DNA of 64,000 bases from Octopus sinensis (taxonomy: Eukaryota), in NCBI RefSeq assembly GCF_006345805.1, contig NC_043002.1, positions 112,096,001 through 112,160,000 of the forward strand. The letters run 5' to 3'. Within the stretch, counting starts at the first letter, position 1. Each line of letters starts with the position of its first letter. Positions 1-12,059 of the stretch are shown piece by piece. The notes beneath the pieces are model-generated. The model did not search any database. It was given only the letters and a program-made list of their open reading frames with translations, and was not told the DNA's origin. The translations under genes were made by a program, and so were the position numbers.

Positions 1-93
1 TAGATAGATAGATAGATAGATTGATTGATTGATTGGTAGACAGATATATAGATAAAGGGTTGTCTACATCTCGGTGTCAGAACTATACTCCCA

Positions 94-297
94 TCTTTTA
101 CTCTTTTACTTTTTTCAGTCATTTGACTGCGGCCATGCTGGAGCACCGCCTTTAGTCGAGCAAATCGACCCCGGGATTTATTCTTTGTAAATCCAGTACT
201 TATTCTATCGGTCTCTTTTGCCGATCCGCTAAGCGACGGTTGTCACGCATGCTAGGGGGACAAACACAGACACACAAACACACACACACACACACAC

Positions 298-367
<70 letters not shown>

Positions 368-532
368 TACGACAGGCTTCTTTCAGTTTCCGTCTACCAA
401 ATCCACTCACAAGGCATTGGTCGGCCCGGGGCTATAGCAGAAGACACTTGCCCAAGATGCCACGCTTTGGGACTGGACCCGGAACAATGTGGTTGGTTAG
501 CAAGCTACTTACCACACAGTCACTCCTGCGCC
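94..532 (-). mobile_element. tRNA-derived SINE, family A, with internal (CA)n(TA)n microsatellite
   Basis: Reverse complement of the head GGCGCAGGAGTGACTGTGTGGTAAG and of the (AAAAGAGT)n tail; more than 12 near-identical copies in the window. Confidence 0.9.
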
Positions 533-657
533 TATATAAGCACCACCACATTAAGATTTTAACTTTTGAATTAGTGATCTTTTAATGATATTTAATAATA
601 TTCCTTCAAAAAACTTGTAACCACTTTTAAGTTGAGATATTACTTATTACACTTTTC

Positions 658-764
658 CAAAGATTAACTTCAGAGATCTTATAAACAGCGTAGTTAATGT
701 TGAATCATATATCTAACCTGATGTCATGTTATTGAATGTAATAATGGTTTTTCGAAAGATGCAC
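658..764 (+). repeat. 107-bp direct repeat, source copy (second copy 1727-1833)
   Basis: CAAAGATTAACTTC...AAAGATGCAC occurs twice with 3 substitutions. Confidence 0.9.
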
Positions 765-1365
765 AAGCATAAACTATAATCAAAGTGGATATATGGAGTG
801 TTTGAATGAATGTTACATCTCTCTATATTCGCAGATGAAACCATCAGGGGCTTATAAATTTGTCGACGAATATTAGCCAAAGTTTCGCACGAACTTTGAA
901 GCGATTGGAGTTTCATTAATTGTGAACAGAAATGAAAACTATAAAAGTTATGGATTAACTTCCTTCAGTTGCTTGTAAATTAGCATTGTCTATTAACGAC
1001 ATTCGTCTTCTGTAATAAAATATGGCGGTCACGGCAAGAAATAGATTCATGTTTCATAGGATATTGTACGAGATTTCGTATGATGAATATTAGTTTTATC
1101 CATCCTGAGGTAAAAAAAATTACAGAAGCGGAATAGCTTGTGCATCTGCATCCTGTCCGAAGACTTTGGGACACATAGCGTATTGCATGCTGTATGCATT
1201 ATGGCTCAGCATCATTCACGTCTAAGTAGTTGAAATATGGTACCAAATTATGAAAGTACTCACACGCATATTAAAGTAAATGCAAATACGTGCAAATACA
1301 CATAATCTCAAATACTTGTTTAGCTTTTCTAACCTCTCAATAATTCAAATGTCTTTTCCCACCGC

Positions 1366-1414
<49 letters not shown>

Positions 1415-1899
1415 GGCGCAGGAATGGGTGTGTGGTAGGAAGCTTGCTTCGTAACCACATCGTTCCGGGTTCAGTCTCGGAACTGCGTGGCACCTTGTGT
1501 GTCTTTTACTATAGCCGCAGGCCGACCAAAACCTTGTGAGTGGATTTGGGAGAAGGAAACTGAAAGAAGCCTGTTGCATGTATATACATGTGTGTGTGTG
1601 TGTGTGTACTTATTTGTGTTTCTGTGTTTGTTCCTCCACCATCGCTTGACAACCGATGCTGGTGGTTTATGTCCCTGTAACTTAGCAGTTCGGAAAAAGA
1701 GTCCGATAGAATAAGTACTAGGCTTACAAAGATTAACTTCAGAGATCTTATAAACAGCGAAGTTAATGTTGAATCATATATCTAACCTGATGTCATGTTA
1801 TTGAATGTAATAATGGATTTTCTAAAGATGCACGATTTGTTCAACTAAAGCCGGTGTTTCAGCATGGATGCAGTCAAATGACTGAAACAAGTAGAAGAA
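1415..1899 (+). mobile_element. SINE family A, interrupted by a 107-bp insertion
   Basis: Head GGCGCAGGAATGG at 1415 and tail GACTGAAACAAGTAG; 1727-1833 is non-SINE sequence. Confidence 0.85.
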
Positions 1900-2117
1900 T
1901 CAAAGACTATATGTTCCAAATAACGGTAATTTATTGGATGAAAGCGATTGACCGTAACGGGAAATTGTGTAAGCATTACGGTGAGTCAAGTAAAACGTTG
2001 GATAGGGAAAGTTCGTGGAAACGAGCATAAAAAATACACAAAATGAGAATGATTTTATCAGAAATAAATTGATTCAACTGATTAAAACAGAATTTAAATA
2101 AAAATAAGAATTAAAAA

Positions 2118-2415
2118 TCTTTATATATAAAAGTCAAGTTGTGTGCTGTCTGTCTCCTACGATTTAGATTCCTAACTACTCCCACATTTTGCGGTGCAGT
2201 TTAACCAAAACCTGGTATCTTATAGTCGTGATTCATATCGAGCCCTTCTGGGTATTAGCGCACGTCTACGATGAGTCTACGATTTAAAAAAAAAGTTTAC
2301 CATCATTTTTTTCCATTTTAATGCATTTTTTCGCTATTATATAAGGGAAGTAACTCTCTAAAAATGTCTACGATGAGTCAACGATTTAAAAAAAATTATC
2401 ATAATTTTTTTTCAT
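2118..2415 (+). mobile_element. Non-autonomous Helitron family H1, 5' part only
   Basis: A|TCTTTATATATAAAAG 5' end identical to the complete copies; the 3' hairpin and CTAG are absent. Confidence 0.8.
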
Positions 2416-2614
2416 GTATTAATCAAAAAGGCATGATAAAAAGCTAGTCAATAAACAATACAGGATCGAACGTTCAATTTCAAATATACTTGGGTATAGT
2501 AAAAATGTATCCTATATACATACGAATGTACATATATACATACAAACACACACACATATATACTCATGTATACACAAACACACATTACGTACCTCTGTAT
2601 ATATATATATATAT

Positions 2615-2804
2615 ATCACCGTGTATCAGATGTAGCTACACATCGCTGGTCACAATGCACTTCGCATTGTTTTAGCCTTCAAATGACGCCACCCCGCTGG
2701 CTAAGCGAGCAGGCCAACAGAAGAAAGAGTGAGAGAAAGCTGTAGAGAAGGAGTACAGCAGGGATCGCCACCACCCCCTGCCGGAGCCTCATGGAGCTTT
2801 AGGT
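2615..2804 (-). mobile_element. SINE family B2, 3' half
   Basis: Reverse complement of the body and tail of the 8973-9283 copy. Confidence 0.8.
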
Positions 2805-3550
2805 CAACCAAAAGCTACATCGAAAACAAAACAGGTCTAAACGACCTCATATACTGCGCAGCCTCTGTCGCTCTACAATCCATTGGGGTTAAAAAGCGAA
2901 AGAAAAAGCTATTAAATTGTTTTAAGTTAAATTAAATTAATCAACTATGTACTGCAAATATATTATTATATATTGCATGATTTTTATCATAATGAAACAG
3001 CTATTGATCACAAATTATGAACTATAAATGAAACTTATGCTTTTCTACTTTTATTCAAAATACTAGTAGAAACATTGCCTTGGCGCGGATTTCAGCTAAT
3101 CCTTCAATAATATTTACATATTTGATTCCTAATGGGTACGACATAATCTATGTTACCTCTGCATCCTTTATTCGTCTAATAGCACTCACTTGCAAAATAA
3201 ATAAATTTACAATAATAGCAATCACTCAACGACAGCGTTAGAATTTGTGAAGTCTACAGGTAAAATGTTTACTTTGCATGACGTTAAACTTGATTGCACA
3301 CCCAATAGGATGGAAAAATCGTGTTTAAAATCTTACGTTTTCAAACACGTAACTGTATCACTTATTATTTGCGTTGTGTTACTTTTCTGTTGTTCTATAT
3401 ATATTTGTACGTTTTAATGTTAAGAGCCTGTATTACAAATTTACAAAGATGGAAAGTGATAATTTTTATTCTCATTCATCATTTGAACTATGATTACACG
3501 AACAGTAGTCTCTGCAACGCGTTTAATTTTCTGAAATATATATATTTTTT

Positions 3551-3769
3551 TACTACCCACAAGGGGCTAAACACAGAGAGGACAAACAAGGACAGACACA
3601 CGGATTAAGTCGATTACATCGACCCCAATGCGTAAATGGTACTTTATTTATCGACCCCGAAAGGATGAAAGGCAAAGTCGACCTCGGCGGAATTTGAACT
3701 CAGAACGTAACGGCAGACGAAATACGGCCACGCATTTCGCCCGGCGTGCTAACGTTTCTGCCAGCTCGC
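3551..3769 (-). mobile_element. tRNA-derived SINE family D
   Basis: Head GCGAGCTGGCAGAAACGTTAGCACGCCGGG, B-box-like GAGTTCAAATTCC and central GGTCGACTTTGCCTTTCATCCTTTCGGGG shared with other copies. Confidence 0.8.
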
Positions 3770-4178
3770 TTCTGAAATCTATAACAGATTTCATGCTATA
3801 CTTCTTATCATATACTAAGTCTCCTATAATGTTTACTTTTCAAAACATTGTGCAGACCAATCAAATACGTTTATGTTTGGTACAATTGACGTAAGTAAAT
3901 TAAAACTATTTTTCTTCATCAGAACCATCCAACGAATATGAAAGAATACTGGATTCAACATAATTCGGTTGACACTGGATTAAACTTATAATTTGGAGAA
4001 TTATTTTTCTGACATGTCAGTAGAAAGAAGCTTCAAAGAGGGTAAAAAAGAAAAGTAAGAAAGAGAACACTCTCTCGCAGTGTCAAAATCATTATTTCAA
4101 AGTGAATTAAAATAGGTTTTTCATTGCTGAAATCTGTAATGATAAAAGAAACTTGAACACCACATTTTTATAAAAATA

Positions 4179-4572
4179 CTAGCAGTATCGCCCGGCGTTG
4201 CTCGGGTGTGTAAGGGAAATAACTATATAAGCATTTTTAGAGATGTAAAGTATAATAGCCATCTCAATATGGCTAACCACAAAGGGGGGTGTTACTGTAG
4301 CTTTTTACGTTCTGAGATTTAATAATACATTTTTAGAGAGTTACTTCCCTTATATATGCCAAAAATGCATTAAAATGGGAAAAATTGATGGTAATTTTTT
4401 TTTTAAATCGTAGACTTACCGTAGACGCGCGCTAATACCCAGAAGGGCTCGATGTGAATCACGACTATAAGATACCGGGTTTTGGTTAAACTGCACCGCA
4501 AAATGTGGGAGTAGTTAGGAATCTAAATCGTAGGAGACAGACAGCACACAACCTTACTTTTATATATAAAGA
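4179..4572 (-). mobile_element. Non-autonomous Helitron H1, complete
   Basis: Minus strand A|TC ... CCCGAGCAACGCCGGG hairpin ... CTAG|T; A/T insertion site, no TSD. Confidence 0.9.
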
Positions 4573-5149
4573 TATTAATATTACAAGTTTCAAGAATTTC
4601 CTAGACGATGTAGACTTTAACAATTACTTTCTGTTAGTAGATGTTACGTACACCAAAATGATGACTCAGCATCTTTCTTTATTGTAGCATAGATGCTGCT
4701 CTTAATGATTGCTTCGACCGATTATATATAAACAGGCAACCTGGTCTCACTTGAATTTACTACAATGTAATAAAGTGTTGGACATTAACGATCTGCTATT
4801 AATTGAGTTCTTAATTACTGTGGATTTTTATCATGTTTATCCATCAATTCTTCAACATGGAAAAGTGTGTGTATATTTATTTACGCATGCGTGTGTATGC
4901 GTCTAAAGAGTGAGAGAAAGAGATAGATATGTATTTTTGTGGACAAAAGAAAGAAAAGTGCATCCACCGTTTTGTAGAGTTACTTTAACTGTATTCATAG
5001 TTATGTACATTAACTGATTGAGAATCAGTCACTCCTGATCTTTCGCATCGCATATTTATGAGGAGTAGTTTTCTCACTTTAATGAGCCAGACTGCTCCTC
5101 TCATCATAGTCTTTCCCCATTTTCGGTACGTTGTTAACGGTATAACAAT

Positions 5150-5374
5150 TACTCTTTTACTCTTTTACTTGTTTCAGTCATTTGACTGCGACCCCGGGAC
5201 TTATTCTTTTGTAAGTCCAGTACTTATTCTATCGGTCTCTTTTGCCGAACCGCTAAGTGACGGGGACGTAAACACACCAGCATCGGTTGTCAAGCAATGC
5301 TAGGGGGACAAACACAGACACACAAACATATACACACACACATATATATATACATATATACGACAGGCTTCTTT
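5150..5374 (-). mobile_element. SINE family A, 3' part with internal deletion
   Basis: Tail and body match family A; about 36 bp missing between GACTGCG and ACCCCGGG. Confidence 0.8.
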
Positions 5375-5829
5375 CTTTAAATTTATTTGTTTTCTTGCTT
5401 TCAACATTCAAATCAACATCTTCCAGTGCACCCTGTCCCCCTACCAGTTGTTTTTCATATTTTGTAACATCTTTGCTAAAACCCACTCACTCACTACTCC
5501 CCCACCGTCCTATTTTCAATTCTTCTCAACATTCTATATAAACCTTATCCCCACCCGACTACGTCTGTACTTTGTTTCTATGTCCACCAGTTCAAGTAAT
5601 ATTGATCATACTATTAACTTTACACAAAACTATTTCCTCCAACATCATACAACTCCTACTCTCCAAAATCAATCCTTCAAAACTTTCATTTTTCGTTCCC
5701 ATTTTTGTATCCAAAGTCATAACATCACTACTATTTTTCCGGCGCTAACGTTCATCGCCTTCCTCAGATTCTACTGATTTACTGTCTGGTGTGTATTAGT
5801 TGTCGCGCATGCAGTATAAGGCATTACTC

Positions 5830-6170
5830 TCAGTCAAGATATGCTTACTTGCGTATCACTGTGAAAATTCAAAGGTCTTCACCGGTAATACTTCATTTTA
5901 CCTATGATTTCGCTTTTATATCAGAAGGGTTAATTAGTACGAGCAAATTCGTGACTACAAACATTTTTGCCCCGCTGTAAAAGGATACAATGCCAGATGT
6001 GATATTTTGAAGAAAGCGTTGCTTCTTTTAGATAATGCACTAAGAAATCTAGCGACTTAAAACGATTTTTCTGATTATATGAGTGTGGAATATATCTTCC
6101 TGAACACAGCTTCTTTACTGCAGACAATGCATCAAAGAATGATAGTCAACTCCAAGGTATATGAACGGTA
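5830..6170 (+). mobile_element. Decayed Tigger/pogo-type DDE transposase relic
   Basis: Broken reading YHCENSKVF...TNIFA...ILKKALL(L)DNA...PEHSFFTADNASK resembles the YHSENPRA / LLLDNA / PPNTTSLLQPMD segments of pogo/Tigger transposases; multiple stops and frameshifts. Confidence 0.5.
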
Positions 6171-6400
6171 TATAGATAGCAATTGAGTTCACGTTTTCCG
6201 CCAACACAAAGCCAAGATATATTTGAACAAGATATTGTAACACATGGGATATGTATTATATTTACATTTACTGATATCTGATTGTTGACATTGAACCAAA
6301 TTTCTTTAAAACTGAGTGCTTTATTGATATCTGCCAGGATTCTTTAAAAACCATTTTTCTTTTATGTGTGTGTATGTGCGCACGCGATCGTATGCGTGTA

Positions 6401-7854
6401 TCAGGTCATCACATAAGTAATGTCCGGATTTCTATATTTTCAATTTGTAAACGCTTTAACAGTATTTTAGAATGTCTAATGGCATCAAGTAATATTTATA
6501 TGTATTGAAACATTTAGACTAAAGTTCATTTTGCAGGATAATCTAATTGAAATTTCGCTAATTATAGTTCTTCAAACATGGAAGTGTGTAAGGATCATTT
6601 CAGGTGCATAATGCTTTATGAATTTAGAAATGGGAACTCTGCAGCTGAAGCGGCTCGAAATGATCTCTCAGCTTATGGAGAAAAGTGTCTGAATGAAAGA
6701 ACTTACAGAAGATGATGATAAATCTCAGAGCGAGTTATAAACAGTAGCAGCAACACATCGTGACGTATATTTGCCATTTGAATATGGCTAACCCCTAAGG
6801 GTGGATGCTACTGTAGTTTGTAGCCCCAGGAGGACACCTCCTCCAGCTGGCTATAGACACACTTTCTGTGCCCTATCAGTATTTGCGAAGGGAAGCCATC
6901 CTTCCCGTCTTCAACTTATGATACACACGGACTCGAGTTTCAAGGTATTGACCTATCATCGGCGTGTGACAATCATAGTTGTCGATGAGAAGTCGGTTCC
7001 CTTCACAAATACATATACTTTTTCCAGTATCGATTGACACTGATATTGAAAAAGTGAAATCAAACAATGATAAATCTCAGAGCGGGTTACAAACAGTAGC
7101 AGCAACACATCGTGACGTATATTTGCCATTGTAGAATTCAGAAGTGCAGATTTCAGCCTTGAAAGTGTGGCCCGAACAGGACATCGAATTGAGTTTGGTG
7201 ACAAGCACCTTTTAGCAGAACTTGATAAAGATCATGTAGTTTCATTTGAAGAATTGACAAGCAAGCTTCGTTCAAGCCATCGTCTGCAAGTTCACCGCCA
7301 TCTTCAACAGCTTGGAAAGGTCCCAAAACTCTGAAAATAGATGTCTCATGATTTGTCTAAAGCCAACCGCAAATCTTGAGTGGACATTTGCTCTTTTCTT
7401 CATTCCCGTGAACAGTATTTGAATTCTGCTTTGAAGAAAAAAAAAGGTCTGCATTAGTGAATGAAAAGGGAGCGGTGTTTCATTAGAACAATGCAAGAAA
7501 CCACACTGGAAAGATCACGTCACAGAAGATCGCAGAACTTGGTTGGGAGAAAATTGCTCATCCTCTGTATTCTCCAGACCTTGCTCCTTCAGAATACCAT
7601 TTGTTCTGAAGGTTACCGAATCATTTGGATGGATTCTTGAAACAAATGAGGAAGTCGAAAACTGAGCTTTCAGAGTTTTTCACTTCGAAACCGAAAGAGT
7701 TTTTCACTAATGGGTAAAGAAGTTTACGAATAGACAGAAAGACGTTATAGATAACTATAGAAACTGTATTGACAATTAGGTTTCATTAAAATGTAAGATT
7801 TGATCACTTGTTTTCCGTATTTAAAATCCGGGTATTATTTAAGGGGTGATCTGA
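6401..7854 (+). mobile_element. Full-length decayed mariner transposon
   Basis: Imperfect ~31-bp TIRs (TCAGGTCATCACATAAGTAATGTCCGGATTT and the reverse complement at 7824-7854) with TA on both sides. N-terminus MEVCKDHFRCIMLYEFRNGNSAAEAARN; later HP(L)YSPDLAPSEYHLF remnant. Confidence 0.85.
6716..7128. mobile_element. 413-bp insertion inside the mariner, bounded by 61-bp TG...CA direct repeats
   Basis: 6716-6776 and 7068-7128 differ at 2 positions; the mariner frame (ERTYRR[W] / F V E F R S) resumes across the insertion; no TSD. Confidence 0.7.
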
Positions 7855-7918
7855 TATATATATGTATTGATGTTTATGTGTGTATGTGTATGCATATATA
7901 TGTGTATATATATGTATA

Positions 7919-7979
<61 letters not shown>

Positions 7980-8797
7980 GCAATTATGGATAAGTGTGCG
8001 CGAGAGTGTTTTCAGGTGCCTATATATGTGTGAGAATGTGCGTACAGTGAGAATGAGAGGGGGAGAGGTGGAGGTGGAGTTTCACATACATTTTCAAGTT
8101 ATTTTTTAAGTGTTTTTTCCCCAACATGTTCGAATATGTCTCCATGGAATTTAAATTACAAAACACTTCATCTCGGTGTCTCCTCAAACAGTTTAGAGTT
8201 ATCATCAATTTTTTACGCAACGATATTTGACATTACGCCAAGCATTCGAGGAGAGACGCGGTGGAGAATATATGTCAACAAGTTTTGAAGTGGAAGTGAC
8301 AGTTTTCTCTGGACACTGGTCGATCTAGTAAGTTATCTTTGACGGATAGCGTACTTTTAATCGGGTCATTATAGTAAATGAATAAATAAATAGGCTTCTT
8401 TTTCCCCAATGGTGGGGCAAGCGCATCACGTCCTTAAATGTTGCTGTCCTGCAGTTGTAAATTATTCAAAGAGCTTCGGCCTTTGATGATGCTTTTACTA
8501 CTTTTTGGTGTTGATGTTGTTGATGGTGATGATGATGGTGGTGGTGGTGGTTGCGGTGTTGTTTGCTGTTGATGTTATTGCACAGATATCGATGTCTTCT
8601 TTGTGGCTGTAGTTTACGTTATCTTTGTTGTTTATTGCCTACCTGAACATATATACTTCAGCCGCGCCCCCTTTCGTGTCTGTCTTCCAGTCATCAAACT
8701 TTTATCTCAAGTTAACTTAGCGTTTTCTCTGTAGGTAAACGTGTATACACGTATACACACACACACACACACACACGCACACATATATGTATGTATG

Positions 8798-8860
<63 letters not shown>

Positions 8861-8862
<2 letters not shown>

Positions 8863-8968
8863 AGGCGTGTGGCTTAGTGGTTAGGGTGTCAACATCCTGA
8901 TCGTAAGATTGTGGTTTCGATTCCTGGACCGAGCGACGCGTTCTGTTCTTGAGCAAAGCACTTCATTT
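8861..8968 (+). mobile_element. SINE family C, 5' head
   Basis: tRNA-like GGAGGCGTGTGGCTTAGTGGTTAGGG...GGTTTCGATTCC followed by TGTTCTTGAGCAAAGCAC, shared with 26556-26833. Confidence 0.7.
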
Positions 8969-8972
8969 AAGT

Positions 8973-9283
8973 GGAGGCGCAATCGCCCAGTGGTTAGGGC
9001 AGCGGACTCGCAGTCGTAGGATCGTGGTTTCGATTCCCAGACCGGGCGTTGTGAGTGTTTATTGAGCGAAAACACCAAAAGCTCCATGAGGCTCCGGCAG
9101 AGGGTGGTGGCGATCCCTGCTGTACTCTTTCGCCACAACTTTCTCTCACTCTTACTTCTGTTGGCCTGCTCGCTTAGCCAGCGGGGTGGCGTCATTTGAA
9201 GGCCAAAACAATGCAAAGCGCATTGTGAGCAGCGATGTGTAGCAACATCTGATAGCCTGGTCGGTCACGGTGATCACGGTGAT
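8973..9283 (+). mobile_element. SINE family B2, full length, adjoining the family C head
   Basis: tRNA-like head GGAGGCGCAATCGCCCAGTGGTTAGGGCAGCGGACTCG and (CACGGTGAT)2 tail. Confidence 0.85.
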
Positions 9284-9459
9284 ATATATATGTATATAAA
9301 CAGAATAAATAGTGAGGGATTATCAATCTGGGCAAAATACTTCATAAGCTCTCTGTGAGCACACTAGGCTAACAATATTACTTAGATTAATGAAGAACTC
9401 CAGGTAATCGTTTGGCAGGATCTCATACACACACACATACATGTGTATATATATATGCG

Positions 9460-9493
<34 letters not shown>

Positions 9494-9700
9494 CCTACAT
9501 ACATACATATATTCTTTTTTCTTTTATTCTTTTATTTGTTTCAATCATTTTGACTGCGGCCATGCTGGACCACCGCCTTTAAACGAGCAAATCGATCCCA
9601 GAAGTCTAGTACTTATTCTACACGCATATATATTTATAATATATATGTATATATATAATATATATGTATATATATGTATATGTATGTATATATATGTATA

Positions 9701-9752
<52 letters not shown>

Positions 9753-10115
9753 TACACACACATACACACACACTCACATGCATATATATATTTAAGCATT
9801 AAATCCCAGGCATGTGTACGCGTACATGCCCACTAAATGAATCGAGCTTTTTCATCAAATGGACTACCAACTCATGTAACCCTCATTCCTCAAGAAGTTT
9901 CAAACTGGTGCACTCTGTGTGCTTTACAGAATCTAATCGAAAGAAAGGATCCTACTGCTTCTTCTTTTAAGCTTGGTACTTGTTCTACTAGTCTCTTTTG
10001 CCGAACTCTACGTTATAGGGACGTAAACATACCAACACTGATTCTTAGGCGGTGGTGGGGAACAGATACAGAACACACACACACAACTATATATATGTAT
10101 ATATATATATATATA

Positions 10116-10942
10116 CTAGCAGCATAGCCCGGCGTTGCCCAGAGACCCTAGTAGGCAACGACTAATCCCAATCTAGTCCTTTCCCCCCAGGGAACGAAAG
10201 CGCATGTGTAGGTTGCAATTTCTTCTCTTCACTCGAATATTTCTGTGTATACGATGCTCCTAGCTGTCCCTTTGAGCGAAAACATGAAAACATCATTGCG
10301 CCTCCCAAGAGAGTTAAAAAGGTCGAGTTGCGTCCCCTAGACAGTCTGTGGTTGTGTTTAATACACAAATCGGTTTGCTATGTGTGCCACATATGATTTA
10401 ATTAACCGATTTTTTTCCAGTAATAAAGTATCCTATTGGAATAAAAAGGGCCATATAGCTCCTTGGAGTAGACATGATGCTCGCTGTGAATTAAAAAAAA
10501 AATTCCTGCCAATTTGTGAAAGATATTGTCGAAAATATGTCACTTTGAATTTGAACGCGATTTCCCAAAATGGCATGATTTTATCGATTTTTCTGATGGT
10601 AAGGTATTGCATGGAAATTTAACGTCAGAATTAAGTTTCTTAAGGTAACATTAAGCTTCACCATGAGTTTGGTGAAAATCAATTGCAAGTTGCGAAAACT
10701 ACAACAGAAAGTGTGTTGCATATAAGAAGCTTAGATTCTCGACCCCATGTCCAATTTATCAATTTTTTTCAGAACTGGGGGAACTTTTAAAAATTTTCGC
10801 TGCGTTAGTTTTGAATTATGACATTGGGCTGTGTGTGTGTCAAGTTTCATCAGAATCGGTTGAAATCTGTGGTCAGGGTGAGGGTACAACCTGACAGACA
10901 CACAGACACACAGACAGACAAACTGCCGTTTATATAGAGAGA
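10116..10942 (-). mobile_element. Non-autonomous Helitron family H2, complete (827 bp)
   Basis: Minus strand A|TCTCTCTATATAAACGGCAG 5' end; GGGCAACGCCGGG hairpin and CTAG|T 3' end. Confidence 0.8.
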
Positions 10943-10948
10943 TATATA

Positions 10949-11132
10949 TTAGCAGAAATACCCGGCGTTGTCCGGGTTAAAGACGATAAAGAAATTAAAA
11001 ATCGCCGTCTAGATTACGTAGGTCGCAACTCTTAGTAGCTGAGATACCAACTTTCTACATTAATAACTCTCCAACCCATGCCAGCGTGGAACATAGACGT
11101 TAAGTGAAATGTTGAAAGAATGTTTTCAACTC

Positions 11133-11163
<31 letters not shown>

Positions 11164-11930
11164 AAAAACACGTAATTCAAAAACACATTTTGTGTAGCTT
11201 ATTTCGTAACTAAGACACGGGTACAGATTATAAACAATGACAGACCGATTTTGACGATTCATTTGACAGAAGTAGTAAAGAGTCAATCCGATGATAAATC
11301 TGACCTTGGATCTTGAAAGCTTGCATCAATCCTGGCTCAGTTAAATCTCTTGTGGCTCCAAATGATGTCATCTGTAGAGCAACACTGTATTGACTAATTT
11401 TGTTCTGGAAGCGCTTGGAATCTTAGTCAGTTGATGACAACAGTTTCTTCAATGACTGTGGAGGTTGGGGGATTACTGGGAGTTTAACCTTTCCACCACT
11501 GCAGCACAGTGCAGGTGTCTCTCCAGGCCACTTCTTTGTTTTACAATGCATGCACTCAGTTGTCATTGCACCAATGGAAACTCTAGTGTCGTCTGCATAA
11601 TGAACTGCCGGATCATAATTGAAAGCTGCTTCATAGAGGTTGCTTCTCTGAGCTGTTGCAACTGTTCTTCGTTCTGCAGTGGAGATCCTATTCCTAGTCA
11701 GCTGTGCATACCTCTGTTCATTTACTCGCTACAGAAAACACTTAGAGCTGAAATCGAGGAAAGCTAGCCAACAGGATTCTTTCTAAGAAGTTCGTTATTT
11801 CTATATTGAATCAATTTCGGAATAAATCTCATAATAGATTTTTTCCTCCAGTAGAAAATACAAAAAGAAATAAATGAAATACTTACATGCACCCATGGAA
11901 AAAAGCCGAGGCAAAAATCATGAGTATATA
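10949..11930 (-). mobile_element. Internally deleted Helitron with RepHel remnant (5' limit approximate)
   Basis: 3' end CCCGGACAACGCCGGG hairpin then CTAA|T (CTRR) at 10949; RepHel coding relic upstream. Confidence 0.65.
11249..11728 (-). pseudogene. Helitron RepHel N-terminal (Zn-finger) fragment, one in-frame stop
   Basis: Manual translation: SIGAMTTECMHCKTKKWPGETPALCCSGGKVKLPVIPQPPQSLKKLL...*DSKRFQNKISQYSVALQMTSFGA...FKIQGQIYHRIDSLL, matching the CxHC...CCxxGKV...MTSFGA...GQxYHRIGSL pattern of RepHel; TAA at 11423-11425. Confidence 0.9.
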
Positions 11931-12059
11931 TAAGAACCCCAGATATATCTAAATATAAAATCCTTTGGTCAGCCTCAGTACACGTGAACTGTTCTCCACT
12001 ACAGCTTATAAGCTATAAGCTGTAGCTTATAAGCTATAAGCTCTACTACAGCTTATAAG

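Noticed and set aside
8660-8715. Minus-strand UUGAUGA-CUG/CAG-acac-GAAA
   Set aside because: Four extra nucleotides before GAAA and no stem III or stem I pairing.
8861-9050. tRNA-like sequences with A/B boxes (also 20900-20992, 35705-35780 and others)
   Set aside because: These are SINE heads continuing into SINE bodies with TSDs; no complete cloverleaf, so not called tRNA genes.
11729-11886. GTAAGT...TTTTCTGTAG intron-like segment upstream of the RepHel frame (minus strand)
   Set aside because: Neither upstream ATG splices in frame with RepHel; could be chance or a UTR intron.
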